A DNA stretch of 64,000 nucleotides, taken from Acutalibacteraceae bacterium. Lineage in GTDB: Bacteria; Bacillota; Clostridia; Oscillospirales; Acutalibacteraceae. This document shows positions 19,215-27,544 of the stretch, piece after piece. The stretch covers positions 232 through 64,231 of the forward strand of contig JAZNCK010000093.1 in NCBI GenBank assembly GCA_045587505.1. Reading direction: 5' to 3'. Made by a program: the position numbers and the translations under genes. Numbering within the stretch: the stretch's first letter is position 1; each line of letters opens with the position of its first letter. Below the pieces are notes generated by a model. That model was not told where the DNA came from. It saw nothing but the letters and a program-made list of their open reading frames with translations, and ran no database searches.

Positions 19215-20834
19215 TTAAAGATTGTTTATTTTATTAACCAGGTCTGCAAGCGGATCGTTGGTGTTGGTTTTCTTTTCATCTGACTTATAAATTCCGAGAC
19301 GGAATTTTTTACCTGTGACTTCATAAGCAGCAATTTTAATTGCATTTGCATGGTTACCCTGACGGATAAACTCTGAAAAAACAGGATTGTCACATTTGAT
19401 AAGAATAAACTCACCTCTGACATAAGCGGAAGAAGTTGTTCCGAGAATACCCAGAAGAGGCTTGTCTGTAACATTGAGTTTTTCAAGAACTTCTCCCCAG
19501 CTTGTGAAAAGAACGCTGACATCTGATGGTGTATCCGTATCAAGTGTTTTTTCAGGTTCCGTGGGTAGGGGAGGAAGAGGAATTTCTTCCTTTTTTTCTT
19601 CTTTCTGCACAGGTGCAGGGGTAGGATCAGGTTTTTCTTCACGTTTAGCTTCTGTTTTTTCCGAAACAACAACCTTGCCGTCTTTTAACATATTTTCAAG
19701 ACGCTCAATTCTTTCAAGAATAGCAGTGTTGTCATTAGAAAGATCAGGAATGCATAATTTAACAACACTCATTTCCATTTCCGTACGCTTGTTTGAAGAG
19801 GATTTCAGCATTGACGAGCACTCTTCAAGTGTAGAAATACAGGAAAGAACTTTGAAAAGAGTTGTTTTCTCAGCCTGCTTTTTATAAAGTTCAAAGTCAA
19901 TATCCGTGCAAACAATAAGTTTCTGCGGATTTTTGACGGTTTTTATTATCATCATGTTGCGGTAATGGTTTATAAGCTCTGTGCAGAGTCTTTCCATATC
20001 GCAGGAATCATTGTGAAGTTTTGCAACGATTGAAAGAACTTCGGACGGATTATTTTCATTGATATTTTCAACCAGATCAAAAAGGTAATCTTTACCTGCA
20101 AGTCCTGCTGCATTGCTGACAACTTCGCTCGTAACATGGTTTGTTATACCGGAGCATCTGTCAAGAATTGAGAGAGCATCACGCATCGCACCGTCTGCAA
20201 TTCTCGCAATAAGAACAGATGCATCGTCGTCAAGCTCAATATTTTCACACTCTGCTACATAATTAAGACGTGATGAAATGTTTTCGGGTGTGATTCTGTG
20301 AAAGTCAAAACGCTGACATCTTGAAAGAATTGTTGCAGGAAGTTTGTGAACTTCTGTTGTCGCAAGTATAAACTTAACGTGTGCAGGAGGTTCCTCAAGA
20401 GTTTTAAGCAGTGCGTTGAAAGCACCGATTGAAAGCATATGCACCTCGTCGATGATATACACACGGTATCTGGTGTGAACGGGGGTATAGTTTGCCTCTT
20501 CTCTGAGGTCACGGATATTATCAACACCGTTGTTACTTGCAGCATCAATTTCTATAACATCAAGAATTGTACCGTCATCAAGCCCTTTACAGACGGAGCA
20601 CTCGTTGCACGGATTGCCGTCAACGGGATTCAGACAGTTTGCAGCTTTGGCAAGAATCTTTGCACAAGTAGTTTTACCCGTACCTCTCGAACCTGTAAAA
20701 AGATAAGCGTGAGAAACCTTACCCGATTCAACTTCGTGGGCAAGAGTTGATGTTATATGCTCCTGACCGACAACGTCGGCGAAGGTCTGCGGTCTCCATT
20801 TACGGTAAAGGACTCTGTACAAAAAACTCACCAC
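19215..20834 (-). CDS. dnaX: DNA polymerase III subunit tau (DnaX)
   Basis: LYRKWRPQTFADVVGQEH, GSRGTGKTT Walker A, a zinc module (CNECSVC) and the SRCQRF sensor. The start is ambiguous: GTG at 20834 or 20831, or TTG at 20822. Confidence 0.9.
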   Translation of the reverse strand: MVSFLYRVLYRKWRPQTFADVVGQEHITSTLAHEVESGKVSHAYLFTGSRGTGKTTCAKILAKAANCLNPVDGNPCNECSVCKGLDDGTILDVIEIDAASNNGVDNIRDLREEANYTPVHTRYRVYIIDEVHMLSIGAFNALLKTLEEPPAHVKFILATTEVHKLPATILSRCQRFDFHRITPENISSRLNYVAECENIELDDDASVLIARIADGAMRDALSILDRCSGITNHVTSEVVSNAAGLAGKDYLFDLVENINENNPSEVLSIVAKLHNDSCDMERLCTELINHYRNMMIIKTVKNPQKLIVCTDIDFELYKKQAEKTTLFKVLSCISTLEECSSMLKSSSNKRTEMEMSVVKLCIPDLSNDNTAILERIERLENMLKDGKVVVSEKTEAKREEKPDPTPAPVQKEEKKEEIPLPPLPTEPEKTLDTDTPSDVSVLFTSWGEVLEKLNVTDKPLLGILGTTSSAYVRGEFILIKCDNPVFSEFIRQGNHANAIKIAAYEVTGKKFRLGIYKSDEKKTNTNDPLADLVNKINNL

Positions 20835-20850
20835 TTTTCAAAAAAATTAA

Positions 20851-20995
20851 GAAGCATTACCTCAGTCATATGGTGTGCAGGCCGGACTGTGTCGCACGGT
20901 GTTAACCTCTTAATGCTGCTCGGTTCCCCGCCTGACATGGTTCGTGGCACCCCGTCGCACAGGACCAACACACCACATGACTGAAATAATGCTTC
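20851..20995 (-). ncRNA. ffs: Signal recognition particle RNA (small 4.5S-like form)
   Basis: Long hairpin: 5' GAAGCATTATTTCAGTCATGTGGTGTG pairs with 3' CACACCATATGACTGAGGTAATGCTTC. Contains the domain IV-like core GTCAGGCGGGGAACCGAGCAGC and a T-run after the 3' end. Its position upstream of dnaX matches Bacillus scr. Confidence 0.8.
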
Positions 20996-21022
20996 GACTA
21001 AATCGCCTGCAATATCCTATTT

Positions 21023-21051
21023 ATTATAATATATTTTACTTTATATATCAA
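21023..21051 (-). promoter_or_regulatory. SigA-type promoter candidate for the SRP RNA/dnaX operon
   Basis: On the minus strand: TTGATA, a 17-nt spacer, then TATAAT. It lies about 27 nt upstream of the predicted SRP helix 5' end. Confidence 0.4.
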
Positions 21052-21091
21052 GTAAAATTACAAAATTTTTTAAGATATTGCAGGTATTTTT

Positions 21092-22276
21092 TTATATTTT
21101 AAAAAGCTCTTTAATTGAATTTTCTGCCTTCTTTATGTAATCAGGCATAAAGTTTTTAAGATATTCTCTGATTTCGTTGTTTTTTGAATAAAAATTTTTA
21201 AAGATTTCTATAAATCGGTCACTGTCGCTCAATTCCTCAACAGGAAAAACGTAACCGTCATAAGTGCCGAAAATATCGTTGGCAATTCCCTTTGATTTTA
21301 TGCTGTATCCGATAACGAGTGTCGGTACACAGGTGCTGTATGCAGCAATTGTTGCGTGCGTTCTTGCACCGATGAACATTTCGCAACGTGAAATAATGCT
21401 CTTGTATTCTGTTGCAGAGTATTCTCCGCCGACAATGTCGATTCTCCCGCACTTGAATTTATCGTAAATCTCGCTGAGAGTTTTGCAGTCGCACGCGTTG
21501 TTCCTCGTAACGTGGGGAATAAGCAAAATGTTCAGATCGGTTTCGTCAAGAATATAGCGGATAAGCGAATAAACAGCCTTTTTAGCAGGATGATTTTCGT
21601 CGCAATTGTCCGGGTAGACAAAGTTGCTGATATTTATTCCGACAGTATGATCCTTGACCTCAAACTTATTTTTCATCTCCTCGTCAACAGGGAGAAGAAA
21701 CGCAGAGTCGGGATAAAGAACGGTGTTCCTGTTGATACCGTTTTTAATAAGGGCATCGTATGAAAAAGTTTCTCTTGCAACAATCAGGTCAAAGCCTTTA
21801 AGATCCTCAATTTTATCGGGAGTCATATCGTTCTCACCGATTGAGCAACCCCAGAGAACCGTTTTTTTACCCAAGGAACGCAGGGTGGTGTTCATTGCTT
21901 TTGCAATATGGCCGTCACCGTAGCAGTAATTGTCGCCACCGACCGAGATGTAAACGTCGTTATTATTAAGTGACGGATTGCGGCAGGAGATAGAGTAGTA
22001 AAACTCATCGGCCTTTTTCTGTGACTGTTTTGAATAAAGTGAAATTTTAATCTTATCTTTAAAGCTGATATTTTCAGGATTTTTTGAATAGTTAAACTCC
22101 TCTGTTTCGTCAATCAGGGAAAGACCTGCTTTTTCGTCTTCATTTTTGTTAAAGGTGTAAAGCTTTATGTAAGAATCAGGCTTCTCGTTCTTAATCATTG
22201 AAGAAAGAGTACGGACTATCGCTTCACAACCGTGATTCTGTGAACCGCCGTGGGAATAAAAAGCGTATTTCATCAT
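21092..22276 (-). CDS. Polysaccharide pyruvyl transferase family protein (WcaK/CsaB-like)
   Basis: N-terminal SQNHGCEAI resembles the GNxGDxAI motif. ISVGGDNY is present, and the C-terminal GARTHATIAAYSTCVPTLVIGYSIKSKG resembles the family core. Confidence 0.6.
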   Translation of the reverse strand: MMKYAFYSHGGSQNHGCEAIVRTLSSMIKNEKPDSYIKLYTFNKNEDEKAGLSLIDETEEFNYSKNPENISFKDKIKISLYSKQSQKKADEFYYSISCRNPSLNNNDVYISVGGDNYCYGDGHIAKAMNTTLRSLGKKTVLWGCSIGENDMTPDKIEDLKGFDLIVARETFSYDALIKNGINRNTVLYPDSAFLLPVDEEMKNKFEVKDHTVGINISNFVYPDNCDENHPAKKAVYSLIRYILDETDLNILLIPHVTRNNACDCKTLSEIYDKFKCGRIDIVGGEYSATEYKSIISRCEMFIGARTHATIAAYSTCVPTLVIGYSIKSKGIANDIFGTYDGYVFPVEELSDSDRFIEIFKNFYSKNNEIREYLKNFMPDYIKKAENSIKELFKI

Positions 22277-23538
22277 TGTTCACCACCATCGAGTAATTTA
22301 ACATCAACATCGTCAAAGTGGCACCAGCCCCACTGTCTCGGCCAACTCTGTGAAGTGCCGTTTGCGTGAAGAACTTCAAAAACAAATGCTGGATAAATAT
22401 AATCAAGATTTTCACTGTTAGCCTTTGAAGTTCCGCCGGAAAGAATAAGCGTTGCTTTGTATACTCCGGGACCGAGGTTGTGCTTGTTTATTGTAATTCC
22501 GATGTCAAATTCGCCGATTGAATTGATGTTTGCAAAAGTGTCTGTAAAGCAGACCTCTATCGGAGTCTCGTCAGCCTGCCAGATAAGCATTCTGAACGAC
22601 AAATCACCAATATTTTCAACTTTTGTTTTGATTCTTACCTTAAGTTCAATAGGTTCATCGGCAGTGTAAATGCACGATTCATTCTGCAGAACGTCCAGAG
22701 AAAGAACTTCGGCTTTGTCGAGGTTATAGCCGGGAATACGTGTAAGGTCAGTGAAATCATAGTGGTTCTGTTTTTCCATATATGCTTCACTGTTATAAAT
22801 GCGTATACCTTCTTCAACATCACCGTCAAAAATAACCTGACCCTCACGCAGAACAACAACTCTGTCACAAAGCTGTCGGATTGTATTCATCTGGTGGCTT
22901 ACAAAAAGAATAGTCTTACCGCTTGCAGCGATACTGAGCATTTTATCTATACATTTTTTCTGGAAACGTGTGTCACCGACGGCAAGAACTTCATCAACAA
23001 GAAGAATATCAGGCTCAAGGTGAGATGCAACGGCAAACGCAAGGCGGACAAACATACCGCTTGAATAACGCTTTACGGGCGTGTCTATAAACTTGCCGAC
23101 TTCGGAAAATTCAAGAATTTCGTCAAATTTTTCGTCAATTTCAGCCTTTGTCATACCAAGGATCGCACCGTTGAGATAGACGTTTTCGCGTCCGGTAAGC
23201 TCTGTATTGAAGCCTGTACCTACCTCAAGCATCGATGATATTTTACCGAGCATTTCAATTCTGCCGTCTGTCGGTTCCGTGATTCTTGAAATAATTTTAA
23301 GCAGTGTTGACTTACCTGCACCGTTTTTACCGATAATACCGACTTTTTCACCTTGTTCAACGTTGAAGGTAACACCCTTAAGAGCCCAGAAATCTTCCTT
23401 GTTGTGGTTCGGATTTATAAAGGATTTGACGGCAAGTTTTGCACGTGCAACCTTACCTTCGGGCTTTTTGCCGATATGCTTTATTCTGTATCTTTTTTTT
23501 ACGTTTTCAATTTTTAATACAATTGGTTTTTCGTTCAT
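22273..23538 (-). CDS. Glycopolymer-export ABC transporter ATP-binding protein (Wzt/TagH-like) with a C-terminal extension
   Basis: GKNGAGKSTLLK Walker A, YSSGMFVRLAFA signature and ILLVDEVLAVGD Walker B. About 170 aa of beta-rich sequence follow the ATPase domain. Confidence 0.85.
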   Translation of the reverse strand: MNEKPIVLKIENVKKRYRIKHIGKKPEGKVARAKLAVKSFINPNHNKEDFWALKGVTFNVEQGEKVGIIGKNGAGKSTLLKIISRITEPTDGRIEMLGKISSMLEVGTGFNTELTGRENVYLNGAILGMTKAEIDEKFDEILEFSEVGKFIDTPVKRYSSGMFVRLAFAVASHLEPDILLVDEVLAVGDTRFQKKCIDKMLSIAASGKTILFVSHQMNTIRQLCDRVVVLREGQVIFDGDVEEGIRIYNSEAYMEKQNHYDFTDLTRIPGYNLDKAEVLSLDVLQNESCIYTADEPIELKVRIKTKVENIGDLSFRMLIWQADETPIEVCFTDTFANINSIGEFDIGITINKHNLGPGVYKATLILSGGTSKANSENLDYIYPAFVFEVLHANGTSQSWPRQWGWCHFDDVDVKLLDGGEQ

Positions 23539-23552
23539 AAAACTACCTCCCG

Positions 23553-24371
23553 TCAGACAATGTCAACAAATGTACGTTCGGTTTTTCTGAAAAAGTGAAT
23601 GCTCAGCGGAAGAAGAAAAGCAATCCATACAAGTGCAATTACAAAGGATGTCCAATCAAACGGCATATCTTTGATGATGCACCACTTAAATGCATTGATA
23701 ACGCCTGTTGCGGGATTGAGTGAATATAAAAGACGAAATTTTTCAGGAATAGTGTCAATTGAATATGCAACGGGGGTCAGATACTGACCGACAGAGACTG
23801 CAAAGGGAATGATCTGTGCAAGGTCACGCCATTTGACATTGAAAGAAGAAAGGAAAAGACCGAGAACTGTGCCGAGTGTAAGGCAAAGAAGGAAAAATAC
23901 AGGGAAAAGAAGAAATCTCACTGATGGGTAATAACCCATAATAAACATCATTGCTATAAGAACAGTCATTGCAATAAGACTGTCGATAATATGTGCAAGT
24001 GAAGCACCGAGAGGAGATATAATTCTCGGATAATAAACCTTTTTCATAATTGCGGCATTGGTGATAAAAGTATTTGCGGCACTGGTAACACCTTTTGAAA
24101 AAAGACCCCACGGAATTGTACCGGCATAAACCATTATGTAATACGGGGCAGAACCGTCAGAAGCAAGACCTGCAAGGTTGCCGAAAATGAAAGTCATTAC
24201 AAAAACATTGATAATCGGAGCAATTATAGCCCAGCCGATACCGATTCTTGTCTGCTTGTAACGTACCGTGATATCACGTTTTGCAAGGTTAAGAGCAAGT
24301 TCTCTGTAATTCCAGATATCTTTCCAGTATTGAAAATTACGTCCGTTGGGTTCAATAATAGTTTTTCTCAA
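23553..24371 (-). CDS. ABC-2 type glycopolymer-export permease (Wzm/TagG-like)
   Basis: YRELALNLAKRDITVRYKQTRIGIGWAII N-terminal signature, six TM segments, adjacent to the ATPase. Confidence 0.8.
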   Translation of the reverse strand: MRKTIIEPNGRNFQYWKDIWNYRELALNLAKRDITVRYKQTRIGIGWAIIAPIINVFVMTFIFGNLAGLASDGSAPYYIMVYAGTIPWGLFSKGVTSAANTFITNAAIMKKVYYPRIISPLGASLAHIIDSLIAMTVLIAMMFIMGYYPSVRFLLFPVFFLLCLTLGTVLGLFLSSFNVKWRDLAQIIPFAVSVGQYLTPVAYSIDTIPEKFRLLYSLNPATGVINAFKWCIIKDMPFDWTSFVIALVWIAFLLPLSIHFFRKTERTFVDIV

Positions 24372-24554
24372 CTTTTCTCATCCTTTTCAATTTATTTGCA
24401 CAATACATCAATTTATAATACCACATTTACACCTGTTTAGTCAAATGTAAAGTTTCCGGCAGCGGGGTTGCGTAGGAACGTTACCTTAAACGTAAACGAA
24501 CAGAAAAAAGGTATAAAAGATTGTCAAAAATATGACAACTTTTTCAATATTATC

Positions 24555-24583
24555 TTGAAATCGCGTTTTCTTTATTATATAAT
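24555..24583 (+). promoter_or_regulatory. SigA-type promoter upstream of the AcnX pair
   Basis: TTGAAA (24555-24560), a 17-nt spacer, then TATAAT (24578-24583). Confidence 0.5.
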
Positions 24584-24644
24584 GAAAAAGATATAGGCAA
24601 GTATTGCTTACACTTACCTTTAAATAAAGAGGAGGAAAATCATT

Positions 24645-25958
24645 ATGAATGAAAACTTCACTTACAAAATGAAGCTCACTGATGACGAGGTTGCCATTCT
24701 TCACGGCTCAAAGGGTGAAACTTTGGCAAAGGTTATGAAAACACTCATCCTCTACGGTGATGCTTTCGGTGCAGAAAAGTTTGTACCCGTTGCAGGTAAT
24801 AAGGGTCACCTTGTTACAAGTTTTGGTATCTCTGTTCTTAAGCCCGTGTTTGATATCACACAGGAGCTTATCGATGCAGGACTCAAGGTTGACGAGACAT
24901 TCACAGTTGACCCCAGACCTATCGATTACACAAACGTAAAGTGCAATCCGCTTCAGAAGCTTATTTTCAATAAGATTCTCTACGGTATGCAGGATTCTTA
25001 TGAGGCTCAGCTCAAAAAGCTCGGCATCAAAGACAGCAAGGCATTCACCTGTGCTTGTTACCTTGACGAAGTCGGCAATACACCCAAGAAGGGCGACATT
25101 CTTTCATGGGCAGAGTCTTCAGCTGTTGTTTATGCTAACTCTGTTATAGGTGCAAGATGTAACCGTAACTCAGGTATCATCGAACTCTTCGGCTCAATCC
25201 TCGGCAAAGTTCCTGCTTTTGATCTTGTTACAGATGAAGGCAGAAAAGCAAAGTGGATTATCGAAGTAAAGACAACAAAAATCCCCGAGGCACAGGTTCT
25301 CGGTTCAGCTATCGGTATGAAGGTTATGGAAGATGTTCCTTTTGTCAAGGGCCTTGACAAGTGGATCGGAACAGAACTCAATGACGCTGCAAAGGCTTAC
25401 CTTAAGGATTTCGGTGCTGCTACAGCTTCAAACGGTGCTGTTGGTCTTTATCATATTGAAAACCTTACTCCCGAAGCAGTTGAAATGGGCGACAAGCTCA
25501 TAAATGCAGACGCAAAAACTTATGTTATTGACGACGCAGAGCTTGAAAGAGTTTACAAGAACTATCCTGTTGTATGGAAAGATAAGAACGCAACACCGAA
25601 GCTTTGCTTCATCGGTTGTCCTCACCTTTCTTTCGAGCAGCTCGGCGAATGGGCTGACAGAATTGATGCAGAATGCAAGAAGCAGGGTAAGAATAAGGTG
25701 CAGATCCGTACAGTTATGACATCTGCTCCCGACGTTCTTGAAAGATTCAAGAAAGAAAACAAAGCTGCTTACGACAAACTTATCGCACGCGGCATAAATC
25801 TTTCTTATATCTGTCCGCTTATGTATATGAACAACCCGCTTTGCGGTGGCGATACAAGCAACGTTATCACTTGCTCAAACAAGCTCCGCACATATACAAC
25901 AGCACGTTATTTCACAACAGACGATATTACAAAAATTGTTGTTAAGGGAGGTTATTGA
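24645..25958 (+). CDS. Aconitase X catalytic (large) subunit, DUF521 family
   Basis: LTDDEVAILHGSKGETLAKVMKTLILYGDAFGAEKFVPV N-terminus, about 437 aa, followed by a DUF126-type partner. Confidence 0.65.
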   Translation: MNENFTYKMKLTDDEVAILHGSKGETLAKVMKTLILYGDAFGAEKFVPVAGNKGHLVTSFGISVLKPVFDITQELIDAGLKVDETFTVDPRPIDYTNVKCNPLQKLIFNKILYGMQDSYEAQLKKLGIKDSKAFTCACYLDEVGNTPKKGDILSWAESSAVVYANSVIGARCNRNSGIIELFGSILGKVPAFDLVTDEGRKAKWIIEVKTTKIPEAQVLGSAIGMKVMEDVPFVKGLDKWIGTELNDAAKAYLKDFGAATASNGAVGLYHIENLTPEAVEMGDKLINADAKTYVIDDAELERVYKNYPVVWKDKNATPKLCFIGCPHLSFEQLGEWADRIDAECKKQGKNKVQIRTVMTSAPDVLERFKKENKAAYDKLIARGINLSYICPLMYMNNPLCGGDTSNVITCSNKLRTYTTARYFTTDDITKIVVKGGY

Positions 25959-25960
25959 TT

Positions 25961-26425
25961 ATGAGTAAAACATTTAAAGGACGTCCCGTCGTTGCAGGTA
26001 AGATCGACAAGGGCGAAGCAGTAGTATCTCACAACGGTGTCAATACTCTTGCAACATTCCAGAAAACAGCTCTTCTTCACGATATCCCGATTCTCGGTAA
26101 GGACTATGTTATCGGTTCTGACCAGAACAACCCCGATGTTTACGGCAAAAACCTTACAGGTAAGGTTCTCTGCCTTCCTCAGACAATCGGTTCAACAACA
26201 GGCGGTATGGTTATCTATACAGTTGCTGCTCTTAAACTTGCTCCGAGCGCAATGCTTTTCTCTCAGCCGATCGACTCACTTGCAGCAGCGGGTGTAATCC
26301 TTGCTGATGTATGGACAGACAACTCAATTGTTGCTGTTGACAGCCTCGGTGAAGATTTCCTTAAAGCAGTCAAGGACGGCGACAAAATCACAATCAAGGA
26401 AGACGGTACAGTTATCGTTGACTGA
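25961..26425 (+). CDS. Aconitase X swivel (small) subunit, DUF126 family
   Basis: FKGRPVVAGKIDKGEAVVS...LCLPQTIGSTTGGMV. AAGGGAGG SD precedes the start, which overlaps the end of the upstream gene. Confidence 0.6.
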   Translation: MSKTFKGRPVVAGKIDKGEAVVSHNGVNTLATFQKTALLHDIPILGKDYVIGSDQNNPDVYGKNLTGKVLCLPQTIGSTTGGMVIYTVAALKLAPSAMLFSQPIDSLAAAGVILADVWTDNSIVAVDSLGEDFLKAVKDGDKITIKEDGTVIVD

Positions 26426-26442
26426 TAAGTTTTAATCTCAAG

Positions 26443-26466
26443 GGGGCTGGGTATCAGCCCCTTTGT
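26443..26466 (+). terminator. Intrinsic terminator after the AcnX pair
   Basis: GGGGCTG-GGTAT-CAGCCCC hairpin followed by TTTGTCTTT. Confidence 0.6.
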
Positions 26467-26483
26467 CTTTATCAGGTGAAATT

Positions 26484-27116
26484 ATGAAAAAAGAAGTAAT
26501 TAAAGAACCCGTTGATTGGTTCAGATATGAAAACGAAGCTGAAGCAGAAGGTTTCAGCGTGGTCTGCGGCATTGATGAAGCAGGCAGAGGTCCTCTTGCG
26601 GGGCCCGTATGTGCCGCTGCCGTAATTCTTCCGAAAGGTTGCATTATCGACGGCGTTAATGATTCCAAAAAATTAACAGAGAAAAAACGCGAGGCTCTTT
26701 TTGATGTTATCAAAGAAAAGGCTCTCGCTTACAGTATAGCTGTTGCCGATGAGAAGGAGATTGACAAAATCAACATTCTTCAGGCGACGTATCTTGCAAT
26801 GCGCCGTGCGTTTGACGGACTTGATATAAAACCCGATATGGCACTCGTTGACGGTAACCGTGACCCGGGTCTGGGTGTGCCGACACGCACGATTGTCAAG
26901 GGTGATGCAAATTCGATGTCTATTGCTGCGGCATCGATTCTTGCAAAGGTCACAAGGGACCGTTTTATGCTTGAAATGGATGAGAAGTATCCCGAATATC
27001 AGTTCGCAAAGCACAAGGGTTACGGTACAAAACTTCATTATGAAATGCTGACAAAATACGGTGCATCCGAAATCCACCGTATCACTTTCCTAAGGAGCTT
27101 TTATGAAAATAAATAA
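26484..27116 (+). CDS. rnhB: Ribonuclease HII
   Basis: GIDEAGRGPLAGPV catalytic motif, plus DSKKL and HKGYGT. Confidence 0.9.
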   Translation: MKKEVIKEPVDWFRYENEAEAEGFSVVCGIDEAGRGPLAGPVCAAAVILPKGCIIDGVNDSKKLTEKKREALFDVIKEKALAYSIAVADEKEIDKINILQATYLAMRRAFDGLDIKPDMALVDGNRDPGLGVPTRTIVKGDANSMSIAAASILAKVTRDRFMLEMDEKYPEYQFAKHKGYGTKLHYEMLTKYGASEIHRITFLRSFYENK

Positions 27117-27462
27117 GCAGGGTGTTTGGGGCGAGGTTTTTGCGGCAAGGTATATGCGTGACCACGGATATGACCCCGTTACGGCGAATTTCCGTTCACG
27201 CGAGGGCGAAATTGACATAATCGCACGCAAGGACGGTTTTATGTGTTTTACAGAAGTAAAAGCGCGCAGCAAAAATGCGATTTCACAGCCCAAGGAGGCT
27301 GTTGACACCGCAAAGCAACAGAATATTATTGCTGTGGCGAAGTTATTTGCCAAAGCATATCCGCATTATGAACAGGACAGATTTGATGTCTGCGAAGTTT
27401 ACCTTGACGAAAATATGCAGCCTGCGCAGATCAATTATATCGAAAATGCGTTTTCAGAGTAA
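27103..27462 (+). CDS. yraN: YraN-family (UPF0102) endonuclease-like protein
   Basis: GE..A..Y....GY......R...GEIDIIA....L.F.EVKAR pattern. Follows rnhB with an overlap. Confidence 0.8.
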   Translation: MKINKQGVWGEVFAARYMRDHGYDPVTANFRSREGEIDIIARKDGFMCFTEVKARSKNAISQPKEAVDTAKQQNIIAVAKLFAKAYPHYEQDRFDVCEVYLDENMQPAQINYIENAFSE

Positions 27463-27469
27463 AAATGTG

Positions 27470-27498
27470 TTGAGAGTGTTGACAGAGTGTGGTATAAT
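27470..27498 (+). promoter_or_regulatory. Extended -10 promoter upstream of thrC
   Basis: TTGAGA, a 17-nt spacer, then TGgTATAAT. Confidence 0.5.
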
Positions 27499-27544
27499 AT
27501 TTCGGACAAAAAATAAAACCTTTTCCAACAAAGGAGAATGAACA

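Noticed and set aside
19226-19672. 148-aa +1-frame ORF running to the end of dnaX, considered as an alternative C-terminus
   Set aside because: There is no +1 slippery or hungry-codon context. The translation is Lys/Leu/Phe-rich nonsense. Only the -1 frame at the A_AAA_AAG heptamer gives a mechanistically precedented outcome, reported separately.
24372-24644. 273-bp divergent intergenic region examined for a riboswitch or sRNA (also the 72-aa ORF at 24486-24704)
   Set aside because: I recognise no conserved riboswitch core. The region is explained by a consensus promoter for the AcnX pair and the divergent exporter promoter. The 72-aa ORF is Phe/Ile/Lys-rich with no SD.
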